A DNA stretch of 64,000 nucleotides, from contig JAQGDQ010000029.1 in the NCBI GenBank assembly GCA_030141605.1, positions 310,001-374,000 of the forward strand, given 5' to 3'. The position numbers and the translations under genes are program-made. The notes beneath the pieces are model-generated. The model had not been told where the DNA came from. It was given only the letters and a program-made list of their open reading frames with translations, and ran no database searches. Positions 12,301 to 41,030 of the stretch are shown one piece after another. Every line of letters starts with the position of its first letter. The first letter of the stretch is position 1. Origin of the DNA: Tubiluchus corallicola. Lineage: Eukaryota > Animalia > Priapulida.

Positions 12301-14340
12301 AAATTGCCAAAACGGCTGCTGTAGTGGAGTCCATATCCTCAAAATATTCTGCTCTCTCTGAGTCCGAGTAAAGAAATGTAGGTTTTCCCGGGTCATTGTT
12401 GCCATAGGTACAAGAGTCAGGGTCGCCCTCTGAGTCTACTATCGATATCCATCCGTCTGATTGTGAGCAGTTCTCAGACGACTTTTGAATGATGAATCGC
12501 AGGTTTTCTGTTCCCACTACACCACTATATTTATTTATTTATTTTAACAGCAATATTAATCGATTTCGCAACGGTTCAAACTCACAATTAATTAAAATTT
12601 GATACCAAAGTGGAAAGATAGGAAAAGTGAAAAAGTTGGAATACCATCTGGATTTGAACCAAAGAACTGCAGCTTAAGAAGCGCATTAGATCACAAATCA
12701 AAAGGTCCGTGGTTAACTCACTGACGACTTTGTGAAAACGGCCCCAGGCTGTATCCACATTTTTCACACTTCCAGTCGTTCTAGTTTGGTATCAGAATTT
12801 AATTATGTGGGTTTGTATCACCATTAATAATAATCTTTACATAAAGTATGAATCAGTTCGAAATGAATCAAAAAGTCCTTCTTAATCCTATACGATGAAC
12901 TGATCAATGCCGCAATTTCGTGAGTTACATAATATTCCTAGGTAGAAAGGAATGCAAGTAGCAATTTATCATTCAGGTTTTATGTCATTTTTGCAAGTGA
13001 ACGATTTTTCATGTCATGTACCTGGCATATATTGACTGAACTAAAACAATCTGTCTCCCGATTAATTACAAATTAAACTGGTGTCTAAAGATAAAAATAG
13101 AAGTGCCATACCCTTCTACTGACATTTGATGAACACTTGTAGAACTATCAAGATCCGTATAGGGCTTAACAGTTATCAGACGGTTGACATCAAACCAGTT
13201 GACATTATTGGAACCATATGCATCAAACACGAATTCAGTCAAGATATCTCCATCGTTGTCAGCTAACACCATCCTCACCTATCAAAACAAATATCATCAT
13301 AAGCCACATGATTATAGCGACGTACGTCACGGCGATGATGGTAGTGGCTGACATGATCACTTTCACAAATTTTGATCAAAATGTGTATTCGTGGTTAAAT
13401 GCTGTTGTTTTTGTTATTTATGTCGTCGTCGTCATTACCACTATCGTTTAAGTTATCGTTATCATTATCATTATTGCTAACGTTATTCTTAATATTATCA
13501 TGGTCATTGTCATTGTCATTATCAATATGAACATCATTGTCGTTGTCGTTATCGTTATCATTATCATTGTCATTGTTATTATCATTGTCATTGTCATTAT
13601 CATTGTCATTGTCATTATCATTATCATTATCAACCATTGTACATTACCCGTTTAACATATCTCCAAGTGTTAACTATAGGTGACTTGAAATTGACTGTGT
13701 TAACTGACACGTCACGAGCTGCATCGTCATTTACGTTCAGCACAGAGTTTGGGTCGTTCCACAGTGACCATACTGACTCAACGACGTCATTTCCGGCCTT
13801 GAATATTAATTCCCATTGGCTTGATATTACTCCTAAGTGATAATCACGTTGAGTGAGTATTATTGTTATTACAAAAGTTGCCTGGAGTTTAAAACCATCA
13901 CAAAAAGTGATAGCATGTTCATTTTACACGAAAATTGCACTTACATAAAAATGTAATGCACCCACTTCATTTACAGAAAAACAGTGTTTATAAGTAATAG
14001 CGAACCTACTATTTTCGCATGTGGTTCCGTCAAATCCGGTTCCTTCGCAGTTACATGTGAACCCGCCTTCTCCGTTCGTGCAAATCCCTCCATTTCCACA
14101 TGGACCGTCTGAGCAATCGGTTATTCCTGACGCTAAAAAGCATAAAATAAAATATTATGAGGCAATTTAATTCAAGAGTAAACCGTCATGTTGTAAATAT
14201 TCCGTTAGATCAATGAGTAGACCAGTCTGAAAAAATCAGACGCTTAGTAGATAATACTTACCAGAATGAACAAAAACTAAAAATAATGCCAAATAAAACA
14301 TAAAGTTTGTTTTTGTTTTTGTGCATATGTCACTCTGCAT
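6347..14340 (-). CDS. Secreted mosaic protein (~530 aa): signal peptide, EGF, unnamed ~195-aa domain, Cys-rich linker, discoidin/F5-8 type C, PAN/apple
   Basis: Ten phase-compatible GT-AG exons, 1593 nt in total, no internal stops: 14340-14262 (MQSDICTKTKTNFMFYLALFLVFVHS), 14132-14010 (EGF: DCSDGPCGNGGICTNGEGGFTCNCEGTGFDGTTCE), 13832-13648, 13278-13112, 12524-12289, 11915-11859 (DCKECADSQSCYVSYGCPI), 8429-8277, 8011-7851, 7227-7065 (F5/8C: CMEALQLTTYTASS...AWC...ITAIVTQG...FEVAYS...TFVGN...KVQLEGC), 6615-6347 (PAN: CALRCTSQPECKLFSYHPGDNACKLY). Confidence 0.9.
6700..6765 (-). mobile_element. Degenerate tRNA-derived SINE-like head
   Basis: Plus-strand GGGACTCGATCGTAAGAACGTCTGCTTTCCGGGC resembles the reverse complement of a tRNA B-box/anticodon arm. 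No full cloverleaf. Confidence 0.3.
11040..11560 (+). mobile_element. Possible decayed LINE 3' end in the large intron of the mosaic gene
   Basis: Broken ORF-like segment (LKFVMKLPKHF...) followed by a T/G-rich tail ending in AATAAA at about 11542. Layout is similar to the LINE remnant at 42.2-42.7 kb. Confidence 0.3.
12573..12822. mobile_element. MITE-like element with ~70-bp imperfect terminal inverted repeats
   Basis: Left arm CACAATTAATTAAAATTTGATACCAAAGTGGAAAGATAGGAAAAGTGAAAAAGTTGGAATAC matches the reverse complement of the right arm (CACATAATTAAATTCTGATACCAAACTAGAACGACTGGAAGTGTGAAAAATGTGGATAC). Confidence 0.6.
13410..13635. repeat. Imperfect (RTCATT)n hexamer/trimer microsatellite, intronic
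   Basis: Runs of ATCATT/GTCATT/GTCGTT. They produce the spurious DN-repeat ORF. Confidence 0.9.
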
Positions 14341-15344
14341 GACAAACTAGAATTTCTTCAGCAAGAAAAACGAAACTCCTTTGTTCCGCGCTGGCTTGCC
14401 ACCGTTTTGCTTATATGCAAACTCTGGGCTGCATTGATGTACTTTATCTATAATTAATAGATTATAGAAGTACAATGCTATTGATGATGCAGGTAACTAT
14501 AACTGCAAACAACATCAATGATGTTTGGTGCATCTTTTGTTATGAATTAATTATTCCTAGTGTTTAATTATATGTCGCTGAATGAACAGCATTCATGGCA
14601 ACGAAAGACAGAAAGACAATGTGTATACTAACAAGAGAAAGACAGATAAGAAGATAATAGTATTCATTTAATGAATAATAATAAAATAGGTGAAATGTTA
14701 GGCAGGTGGTGTAACACTAATTACTGTAACAATGCATGATGGTGTTTATTTGTTAAAGAAGTATAATATCAGGCAGAGCAAACCATATGTGAACATATTA
14801 TGTTAACAACTCAATGTGGGTAGACCAGCTACTATTTGCAATAAGCAAAGATAGGAGAACTTTATAGGTTCTTCCTAAAAATCCTGAAAGGTACCGTGAC
14901 CACATCACTTAAAGCTATGCCTCAGCGATCTTAGTGATTAGCTGTATTGTTATTCGGAAAATGTGACCGATGTTTTTAATACTCTTGCTCTTGTCTATCT
15001 AGAGCTTCTAGCTGCAAACCATCGCTTTTTTCATTATGCCGTATAGGTTAGATCAATTTGTTTATTTTTTTTACATAATTATTATACTTTCTGCTTCTTT
15101 CTGTAATTTTTTATATTTGACCGAAAAATTTTGTGGTACCTACCGTAGCAAAATAAATGTAATACAAACAAAGCAAATCAACAAATATGTCCACTTAAAA
15201 GAAAACAGATGATTTTTCATATCCTGCTCCATTTTGAAGTTCGGTAAAAGTGTATATTTTAACTCATACAATAATGCAAAGTGTTTCTGGTAATTAATTG
15301 ATAGGTGAAAAAATTAATGGCAACCCGCCCAACTAGTGTTGACT

Positions 15345-15770
15345 TCACAGCTAAACATAATTTTCAACAGCATAAGCATTCAATGACGGTGCACCTGTTT
15401 GCGAAACCGAAAAATTGAACTAGAGTGCTACTGCACAACATTCTACTGCATAAAAACTCTAGAAATTTAAAATTTAAAATTGAAGTTCAAGCTTACTGCT
15501 ATGCTGACACATGAGCTCTTGAACATGAGAACTACGCCTCAACTGAACACCTCTAAAGTGAGAACGTACAGCACATGTTATTGTGCAACGCATTTCTGAG
15601 ATGTAGGTACTGGTGCCCATATAACTAACGAATAGTGAAATGCAAGTTACAGCGAAGAACTAGCCGCGCGAACGCTAAATTACTAATCTGTGGTAATAAC
15701 TCTTTCACGTTAGCATTCTTGAAAAAAAGTATGTTCAAATTCAATATTTTGAGTCTGGTTTTCCTTTGAT
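15345..15770 (+). mobile_element. Dispersed repeat copy 1 (non-autonomous DNA transposon fragment, possibly Kolobok-like)
   Basis: Colinear similarity over ~400 bp to 40565-41030 (e.g. AAAATTGAACTAGAGTGCTACTGCACAACATT vs AAAATTGAACTACAGTGCTACTGTACAACATT; GTGCCCATATAACTAACGAA vs GTGCCCATCTAACTAACGAA) and to 35989-36145. Confidence 0.75.
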
Positions 15771-17517
15771 GTATCTAACATCCATGTGCCCAGTAATATA
15801 TAGCTTAAAGCATCAGAAAAGATCTCTGCGTAATCAGAAAGAGACAGAATTAATTGCTAAACGTTTGCTATCTTATACAACATGCGATCTATATATAAGG
15901 GAAAGAAGATAGTCTAAACAACGAGCCTTGAGGCAGACCACCTCATGTTTCATTTCTGCTGAGATACGTTCAGATTGCGAAGAGTTAGAAAAACGCGAGT
16001 AGAACGAACTTGGCATTTAATCCATTCGCTATTTTTCTACAAAAAGCCTTTATAACATTGTAGCAATATTAGATTACGATTCCTCGATATTCATGAGTGC
16101 ATTAAAATGCGATCCACGGCTACATTGTTTTCTCTTTAAAATAGCAATGATGAGTAAGATACTTGTGACAATATTCTGCAGTTACCACGACAGTATTTTT
16201 GCAATCTTAAAGCACATTTTGGGTTACTTATTACAGCTCACCATTCAACACATTAAGGTTCATTGGAATTAATTATTACAATTGTTTTTAGCCCACCCAC
16301 GTAGAAACACAAACAAAGGCACTTGGTTTTCCTTTTTTGCACAGTAACTTGTAAGTAATGGCATTGTGAAAGGAAAACAGCGTATGAGATTAGGTTAGAC
16401 GATTGTGGGAGTAGATAAAAGCCTACTTAAATACTTACAAGACAACGGAATACTTAAATGTGTAGAATATACAATAAAAATAAGTTGCGATGACGTGTAT
16501 ATTGTTAATATGTCAAAAAGTAAGCTCCAACTGAGAAGTAATTTTTAATTTTATTTATACCATTTATTCGTACTCGTTTGCGGTAATAAATACGCAAGGA
16601 AAATCAACAAATGATAAGAACTACAATAAGCAATGTACAATTTAAAATTAAAATCGGTTAAAAATGTTGATCGGTTGAAAATTATACTATTTAAACAACT
16701 TTTTCATATGATAATTTTTAAGGTTCGAGATAAATTTTCCGTGATTAACAGTATCGATTGGTTTAGCTTTGAGCTGTACACATGTCTGTAATTGCTGCAG
16801 TAACTGGACAGTTGACAATCTTCTTGATAGAAACGATGAAAAACACAAAATCTCGGATTTTAGCCTCAGTGGTCAAAAGCCACATTTGACGACCCCTCCC
16901 CCGAAGTATTTTCGACTCAACTCGATCATCGTTACGTTCAGAATATTGTGCGTGAGAAAACCACTACGTGATGCGCATGTGTATAACATGCTATTTTGTA
17001 TACAATTGGTATTAAAAGCATTTCTACTGTCTGCAGAACGAGATGGACTATGAGTTCCTATTTTCAGTGAAACCATCAAGCTCTAATTAGACGGCAGTAA
17101 ATTCCAGTTGAAAAAACTTAAAGAAAGCCGATTTAATTTTTCATACGGGTAAGTACTAAGCAACTTACTTTTATTTCGGCATTTTAAAGTGACCTTTTCA
17201 TTCATTTTATTGATATTTAATTAATATAGCTATCGTGTTTAACATATGCAACGTAGATGAAAATCAGTTGTGGGCTTGTGACCAACAAATAATCGTTGTT
17301 TGTTAATTTAAATGATGGTCTGTTCGTTTATCATGTAATACCAATATGGGACAGCACTAACTTCTGCGACACAGCTTTCAAAAACTTCTTACAACTAAAA
17401 AATGGTGTTAAATCTTAGTGTAGATTTTTGTTTTATAGTAAAAATATGGACATAATAACGTGTTCCAGTAATTAAAGTTCTACATACATGGGCATATTTT
17501 AATTAGTCTATGAAGTG

Positions 17518-17518
<1 letters not shown>

Positions 17519-17570
<52 letters not shown>
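17519..17570. repeat. (TA)n microsatellite
   Basis: Perfect TA run of about 26 units. Confidence 0.97.
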
Positions 17571-17573
<3 letters not shown>

Positions 17574-18473
17574 AAGTCGTTGCATAGTTTTACTTAAAAT
17601 TGGTCCTGAACTTTTACTTTCAAAAATGGGCCTACGCACTGTCGTTATTTAGTATAGAAATAAGTGGGGACAAGAATTTTATAATGAAGGTATGGATATT
17701 TGGTCGCAGAATTACCAAAATTGTATGGCGGTACTTGAACATTTTAAGTTTATTCCATTTTCCATATTTGTAGAGCTATTATAATGTACAGGATCTTGCT
17801 AAGATAAAGTTAGTAATTAACGCTTGAAGGGTTACATCACTTTAAACGAATGTAACCTTTTTTACCAACAGAACCATTTTCCAGTAACTGCACACTTTTA
17901 ATGTGGTTTACTGAGAAAATCAAATAAAAAAACTTCAAAACGAGCAAAATCATTACAAAAATTTAATCGTTAATGTGATTCGAGAGAGTGTACTGAAATG
18001 ACTGCTGGTCAAATAACAGTGTGGCATGAAAAAGTGCATTTTAGACTTTGGAAGTACTTCACAGGTTGGCCGCTATGTTGAAATAAGATTCTGCAACCGC
18101 TTCCCTCGTGGAAATCTGAAATGCCACAAAAGACAGCTAGTGGTTCTACAATATTAAGACCTCTTTTAGTTGCGGATGTAGATCTTTTATGGCGCGACGC
18201 CATGACCGTGAATTGGTCTGCAAACTCCCGAATTGGGATTTCGTAGATCCTTATACGGATCCTACTGACGGATGTTTAATCAAGATATGGCACTCGAAAA
18301 CTTTCAAATTTTGTGAATTTATTATACTCTGCGCATTTAAAGATGTATCTTGAAAATACGGACACTAAATCAATAAACTATAACTTGTAACCAATTCGGG
18401 AAAAATTGAAGAAATATATTATTTGTAAACATTAAATGTGCCAAAGTGGAAGGGAAGTAAGAGGTGTAAGGAA

Positions 18474-18805
<332 letters not shown>

Positions 18806-19871
18806 TGTTGTGCAAGCTACCTAAACATACGCGCGTATTTTATTGAGGTCTTTCGTTGTAAGCTACCATAATTTAACTATCTCAGTGCAGACAGAACAGT
18901 CCTGCATAGGTAAAATGTGTCATCTTGACATTCTCAAAGCCTCTTCAGGGACCATTAACAGAGGCAAACCATTACAATTAGCAAAGATTTCAACTGCATT
19001 ACATCTCTACAGACTCTGCTGAAAATGAAGGTTTATTATTCAGCATTTGATTAGAAATTCATGTGTATATTCTTAAAACATGTGTAGTAACACAAAGTTT
19101 TACTGTATAACTCTGCTTTATACTGAGCCTAATTTTAAAAGCGGTTTGTTGGTACGAAATTAAATTTTATCTTTTCTATGATAATATTCCTAAATTGTCC
19201 ACGTAACTAATTTGCTAGTTGAGTTTACAGTTTCAGAATGGAGGCAATTTTTTTATTCTTAGAAGCATTCGTGTTTTGATATCATAATTTTTTGGTGCTT
19301 GTAATGTCGTTGTGGGCTTTTGTGAAATCAAGTTTCGGGATTTTTTCCGTGGATGCATTCCGAGCAAATTCAGAATCAGTGTATGAATAAAAGTTGCACA
19401 AGTTTCTTGCCCATTTTGCAAAGTCCTTGATGATAATTTTGTTGATAATCCTTATAAAATAAAGATATTGTCATATATTTTCAGCTGTACGTGTTTATTA
19501 GGAAAATTAATATCTCTAGGTGTCTAAGAAATAGGAAAAGTTGTATATAAAAAATGAGCCTTAAATGCCAATATTTTTGCTAATTACATTTTGCCATTAT
19601 TACTAGCTGTGACGCAAGACCATTCTATTTTGATGCCAATAAACATAAGCTTTTTCCTTTAGTCTACTAGTTTTTATAATAATTAATATATGTAGAGATA
19701 TTGGCATTTAAACTTGTTCTATTCACACATCTTTTTTGTAGTTTCTTTCACTATATTCAGCCATATTCTTTGAACGGTTTTTGAACAGTCACACGTCGTG
19801 AGCTACAAATTTTACGATTTTTATACACATTTTTTATTTCTGATAGAATGCCAGGAATAGAATAAAGTAGA

Positions 19872-20565
19872 GTATAATATAATATAATATAATATAATAT
19901 AATATAATATAATATAATGTAATATAATGTAATGTAATGTAATGTAATGTAATGCAATGTAATGTAATGTAATGTAATGTAATGTAACGTAATGTAACGT
20001 AACGTAACGTAACGTAACGTAACGTAACGTAATACAATACAATACAATACAATACAATGTAATGTAATGTAATGTAATGCAATGCAATGCAATGCAATGC
20101 AATGCAATGCAATGCAATGCAATGCAATGCAATGCAATACAATGCAATGCAATGCAATGCAATGCAATGCAATGCAACGCAACGCAACGCAACGCAACGC
20201 AACGCAACGCAACGCAACGCAACGCAACGCAACGCAACGCAACGCAACGCAACGCAACGCAACGCAGTGCAGTGCAGTGCAGTGCAGTGCAGTGCAGTAC
20301 AATACAATACAATACAATACAATACAATACAATACAATACAATACAATACAATACAATACAATACAATACAATACAATACAATACAATACAATACAATAC
20401 AATACAATGGAATGGAATGGAATGGGACGGGACGGGACGGGACGGGACGGGACGGAACGGAACGGAACGGAACGGAACGGAACGGAACGGAACGGAACGG
20501 AACGGAACGGAACAGAACAGAACAGAACAGAACAGAACAGAACAGAACAGAATAGAATAGAATGG
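19872..20565 (+). repeat. Graded pentanucleotide compound microsatellite (~138 units)
   Basis: Successive blocks AATAT, AATGT, AACGT, AATAC, AATGT, AATGC, AACGC, AGTGC, AATAC, AATGG, GACGG, AACGG, AACAG, AATAG, all in one 5-bp register. Confidence 0.97.
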
Positions 20566-20715
20566 ATTGAAGCGAATACAACAGAATAGAATAGAAGTTA
20601 CGACAGAAGGCAATGAACGTATAAGAGAGGTAGGTGCGCTTCCATGTTACAAAAAAGTCAGTAGTTATTTGTTTCTGTTTTCTTTCAGCATATTTTATTC
20701 TGTATTGACGGAAAC

Positions 20716-21087
20716 ATGGTGATTCACGCCTTGATAAGCTTACTCGTCTTCTTGTTCTGTTTTGGCATCCAAGATTCAACCGCGTTCACATGGTACCGGA
20801 GCCACGACAGTGATTCAGACTACACTGGTGGCTTTACCAGGTTCAGGGCACCTAAAGCACCAACTGAACCGCCTACTGTAAAGTCTATCGACGATTTGTA
20901 TCACAGGGAACTTTTGTATTTGATGAATCTGATTCGTAACATTTACAGCGCTAGTTCAATGCTGGAGGAGCTGCAAAAACCTGAGAACTCGATTGTTTCT
21001 GCTTATAACTCGTTTCAGAAAGTCGATCCTTTTGGAATAGGCGTCCCAGGACTAAAAGCGACGCCTAAAGAAAATAAAGGAATTTAG
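20716..21087 (+). CDS. Orphan secreted protein, 123 aa (possible peptide precursor)
   Basis: Clear signal peptide MVIHALISLLVFLFCFGIQDSTA and good start context (AAACATGG). A strong splice acceptor (ttgtttctgttttctttcag|) ends at 20688, just upstream. Uninterrupted non-repetitive ORF in AT-rich DNA; no recognised domain. Confidence 0.7.
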   Translation: MVIHALISLLVFLFCFGIQDSTAFTWYRSHDSDSDYTGGFTRFRAPKAPTEPPTVKSIDDLYHRELLYLMNLIRNIYSASSMLEELQKPENSIVSAYNSFQKVDPFGIGVPGLKATPKENKGI

Positions 21088-21964
21088 AAAACAATGTAAA
21101 AGTTTCAAACAAAGCCAAAGTAACATGCTCTGCTGTTTGGTGTATGCTCTAAACAAAATATTGGTTTTGAACTTATTGCAATACACAAATGTCTTAGGGC
21201 GAATTTAGAACAAGTTGAACAACCGCTTATAAATCCATTTCTTTCCGCGGATTTCTTACCAATGGAAGTCATCGAAAAATTAGACGAAAAACTTATCAGA
21301 AAATCACAGAAATTACGCGAACTCTATTTCACTTGTCGTATTTTCGTCTTTCCACTGTAGCTCATATCCCGTACTCTTACCTAATTGTTTGGGAAGAATT
21401 GTGAAAATGGACATTAATACTGTATTTTGTAGTATGAAATAAGCATACTTAAGCATTTGTTTATATTGTTACTTATCTGTTGACAGGGCTCTTCAAATAT
21501 AAGTTGCTATATTGCAACGTGACTTTTCCAGAAAAAACACTTCCACTTAAATGAAGACTGAAAAAACTGTATCACGGTGTCACTAAATCGATTATGTACG
21601 ACCAAAAACACCTTCCAGCTGCAGTTACTCCCAGGCGCGTATCCAGTATTATAATGAATAACTTGTACTTTCATCGTGAACAGATTTTGTAACATCATTG
21701 CTTGAGGAATGCAACTGTTTAAACTGTTCTCGTATGGTTTAATTTCCTGGTACACTGTTTAAATACTGACCAATTATGTTCTTAAAAGTAAGAGTTTTAA
21801 GCAAACAAAATGATTAAACAAAGCACCTACTTTGTTCTAAAAAGCACAACATCTTACGTAAGCAAATATAATGTGCCAGTGCCTGACATCTCATAGTGTA
21901 CAGATAAAATAGGTACTTGATCAATGTATGTCTAGTGTGAGTTCTGAATAACAAAGTCAAGGAA

Positions 21965-29891
<7,927 letters not shown>

Positions 29892-30709
29892 TGTCTTTGA
29901 AGAATTTTGCACAAGTCAACAGAACTTCTTTTACTCAAGAAAGTAATAATGATAGCAATGAATGAAAGAATGACAATGATTTTGATAATAAAACCAATAA
30001 TGTTGACGAAGCAGTGATTGATTATAATAATAACAATATTGTTGATAATGATGATGACGACGATAAAGACCATGATGTACATTAAAGGCTATGTTATGCT
30101 TGTAATTGCTGCGAATAAAAAATGTACATCAGTTATAGGCAAAATCGAGATTTTTTGCGACCAAATCCTATTAGGTTTCATAATATATGTTACTAACAAT
30201 GAAACAATCTACAAATCTGTACTCTATATTCACAGACTGCAATATTCACACAGACACTAAATGAGACAATTACAAATACCGAATACGTAATATATACACT
30301 GAAACAAAATGATCAAATACTAGGCCTATATCGTAATCAGCAGATCAGCACTGATAACCTCGATGCTACATGGGATTATATATTATTACAGTATAAAAAT
30401 AACTCAAAATAAATTTGTAATTAATAAACTGAACATTAAAATACTCCGTCTACTACGTTTACATTTAATCACCATCATAATTGTAATAAGTTTTACAGGA
30501 TAGAAACTGAATAGGCCAGATCCAGGTCCTCCTAATTTTGTAATGCATCCAAACATACTGCCATCATAAATATTGGTAAGTATGCTACCATTTACAAGAA
30601 CATCGAACAACAATTATTAAACTTATTACGTAAGCACGCAGTTAAAAACATGTACGAGCAAAAACCTCACTGCACTAAAGTATTATTCACTTATGGAATT
30701 GGTAAGCTT

Positions 30710-39733
<9,024 letters not shown>

Positions 39734-40329
39734 TTTTAAGCACTATACCTCGTCCAACTAAACACGCCAGACATTTTCTCAACGCAAAGTAATGCCAATA
39801 ACTGTGAAAAACTCTAGAATGCTGTAACAGCTCCAGCGCTAATTGTTACATGTGCAAACACTGCCATATGACACATCAAATCTTTGGTCTCATGCTGAAA
39901 TATTTATTGCTTTTTATTACCGTCAAACGCGCTTGTGTAAACACGAAAATTTTCCAGTTTCGATTATGCAAGTCATAATTGATATTTAATTGTCATATTA
40001 TACTTAAGCAAGATGGGTGTTACATGTATAAAAGTTTCTTCTGCTCTAGCATGTCAGCTAAAGTTCATTCCTCATCAGGTAATGGTTTTAACACACGTTG
40101 ATTGCTCTTTGTTTAGTGATTATCTGTTTAGAGTATTCATTCTGAAACTATCTGCAGTTTCTTGGTAAACAGTAACAGTTAAATCAGCTCTCATAGTCAC
40201 TCATTTTCAACGAGACAAAACAGCTGAGACGCTGAAACAGCATAAATGTAATAACTATCCTGTGGATGCACACACGTCATTCCTCAATGGGGCAAATAAC
40301 CACAGCAGTATTGCTGATGAGTACTGAAT

Positions 40330-40382
40330 CCAGCAGTTGCCCATCCATTCACTAATCAAGCTCGGCTTTGTTCAACTTCGGT
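40330..40382 (-). mobile_element. Degenerate 5S rRNA-derived fragment (SINE3-like head or 5S pseudogene)
   Basis: Minus strand ACCGAAGTTGAACAAAGCCGAGCTTGATTAGTGAATGGATGGGCAACTGCTGG aligns without gaps, from memory of the metazoan consensus, to the 5S internal control region (box A, IE, box C ...TTAGTACTTGGATGGG.GACCGCC). It is then followed by non-5S sequence. Confidence 0.55.
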
Positions 40383-40564
40383 CTCTAGGTATTAGACATT
40401 TACGCACGTAAAGCAATACAGGACTATTTTGTTTATCCTACCTTATTCTGAAGTACGGTAAAATGCATGCATCTTAACACATATCATAACGCCAAAGCAT
40501 TTCTAATAAATAAATAACAGGTTTAACACTTAATTAACGGCGGGCCAACACAACTACTGATAAC

Positions 40565-41030
40565 ATCACAAACGAACACAATTTTGAACAGCATAAATAT
40601 TCCATGAGCGTGTCCCTCATGTTTGCAAAAGCGAAAATTGAACTACAGTGCTACTGTACAACATTTAGTGTAATATACAAAAACACGGCAAATTTTAAGA
40701 TAAAAATTGAAGTTTTAAACTTACCGCTGTGCTCCCGCATGAGTTCTCGAGCGTGTGTATTACGCCACAAATGAACAGCTCTGAACTGATAGGTACAGCA
40801 CCTTATTTCATACAATGCGTTTCCGAAATACAGGCGCTAGTGCCCATCTAACTAACGAACGGCGAAATGCGTGTAACAGCCAAGAATTAACCACCACGGA
40901 ACACGAAATTGCTTTTGTGTGATAATAATTCTTTCTCATAAGTCATTCTTTAAAAAATAGTATGCTCCTTTGCATTATTTTAAAGAGTAGATTGTTTTGA
41001 TCTACAGATTAGGATTGGGTCCGTTTTAAA
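40565..41030 (+). mobile_element. Dispersed repeat copy 3
   Basis: Colinear with 15345-15770, and shares ATTGGGTCCG near its end with 36125-36133. Confidence 0.75.

Noticed and set aside
13395-13637. Asp-Asn repeat ORF resembling a biomineralisation protein
   Set aside because: It lies in an intron between phase-matched exons 13648 and 13278 and is a hexamer microsatellite.
19872-20565. CRISPR-like or telomeric array
   Set aside because: No repeat-spacer structure, and the units do not match TTAGGG or TTAGG.
19757-20779. Long Cys-rich ORFs (CIVLY, CVALR, MQCNA repeats) of up to 340 aa
   Set aside because: Artefacts of a stop-poor pentamer repeat that is open in several frames on both strands; no splice or codon evidence.
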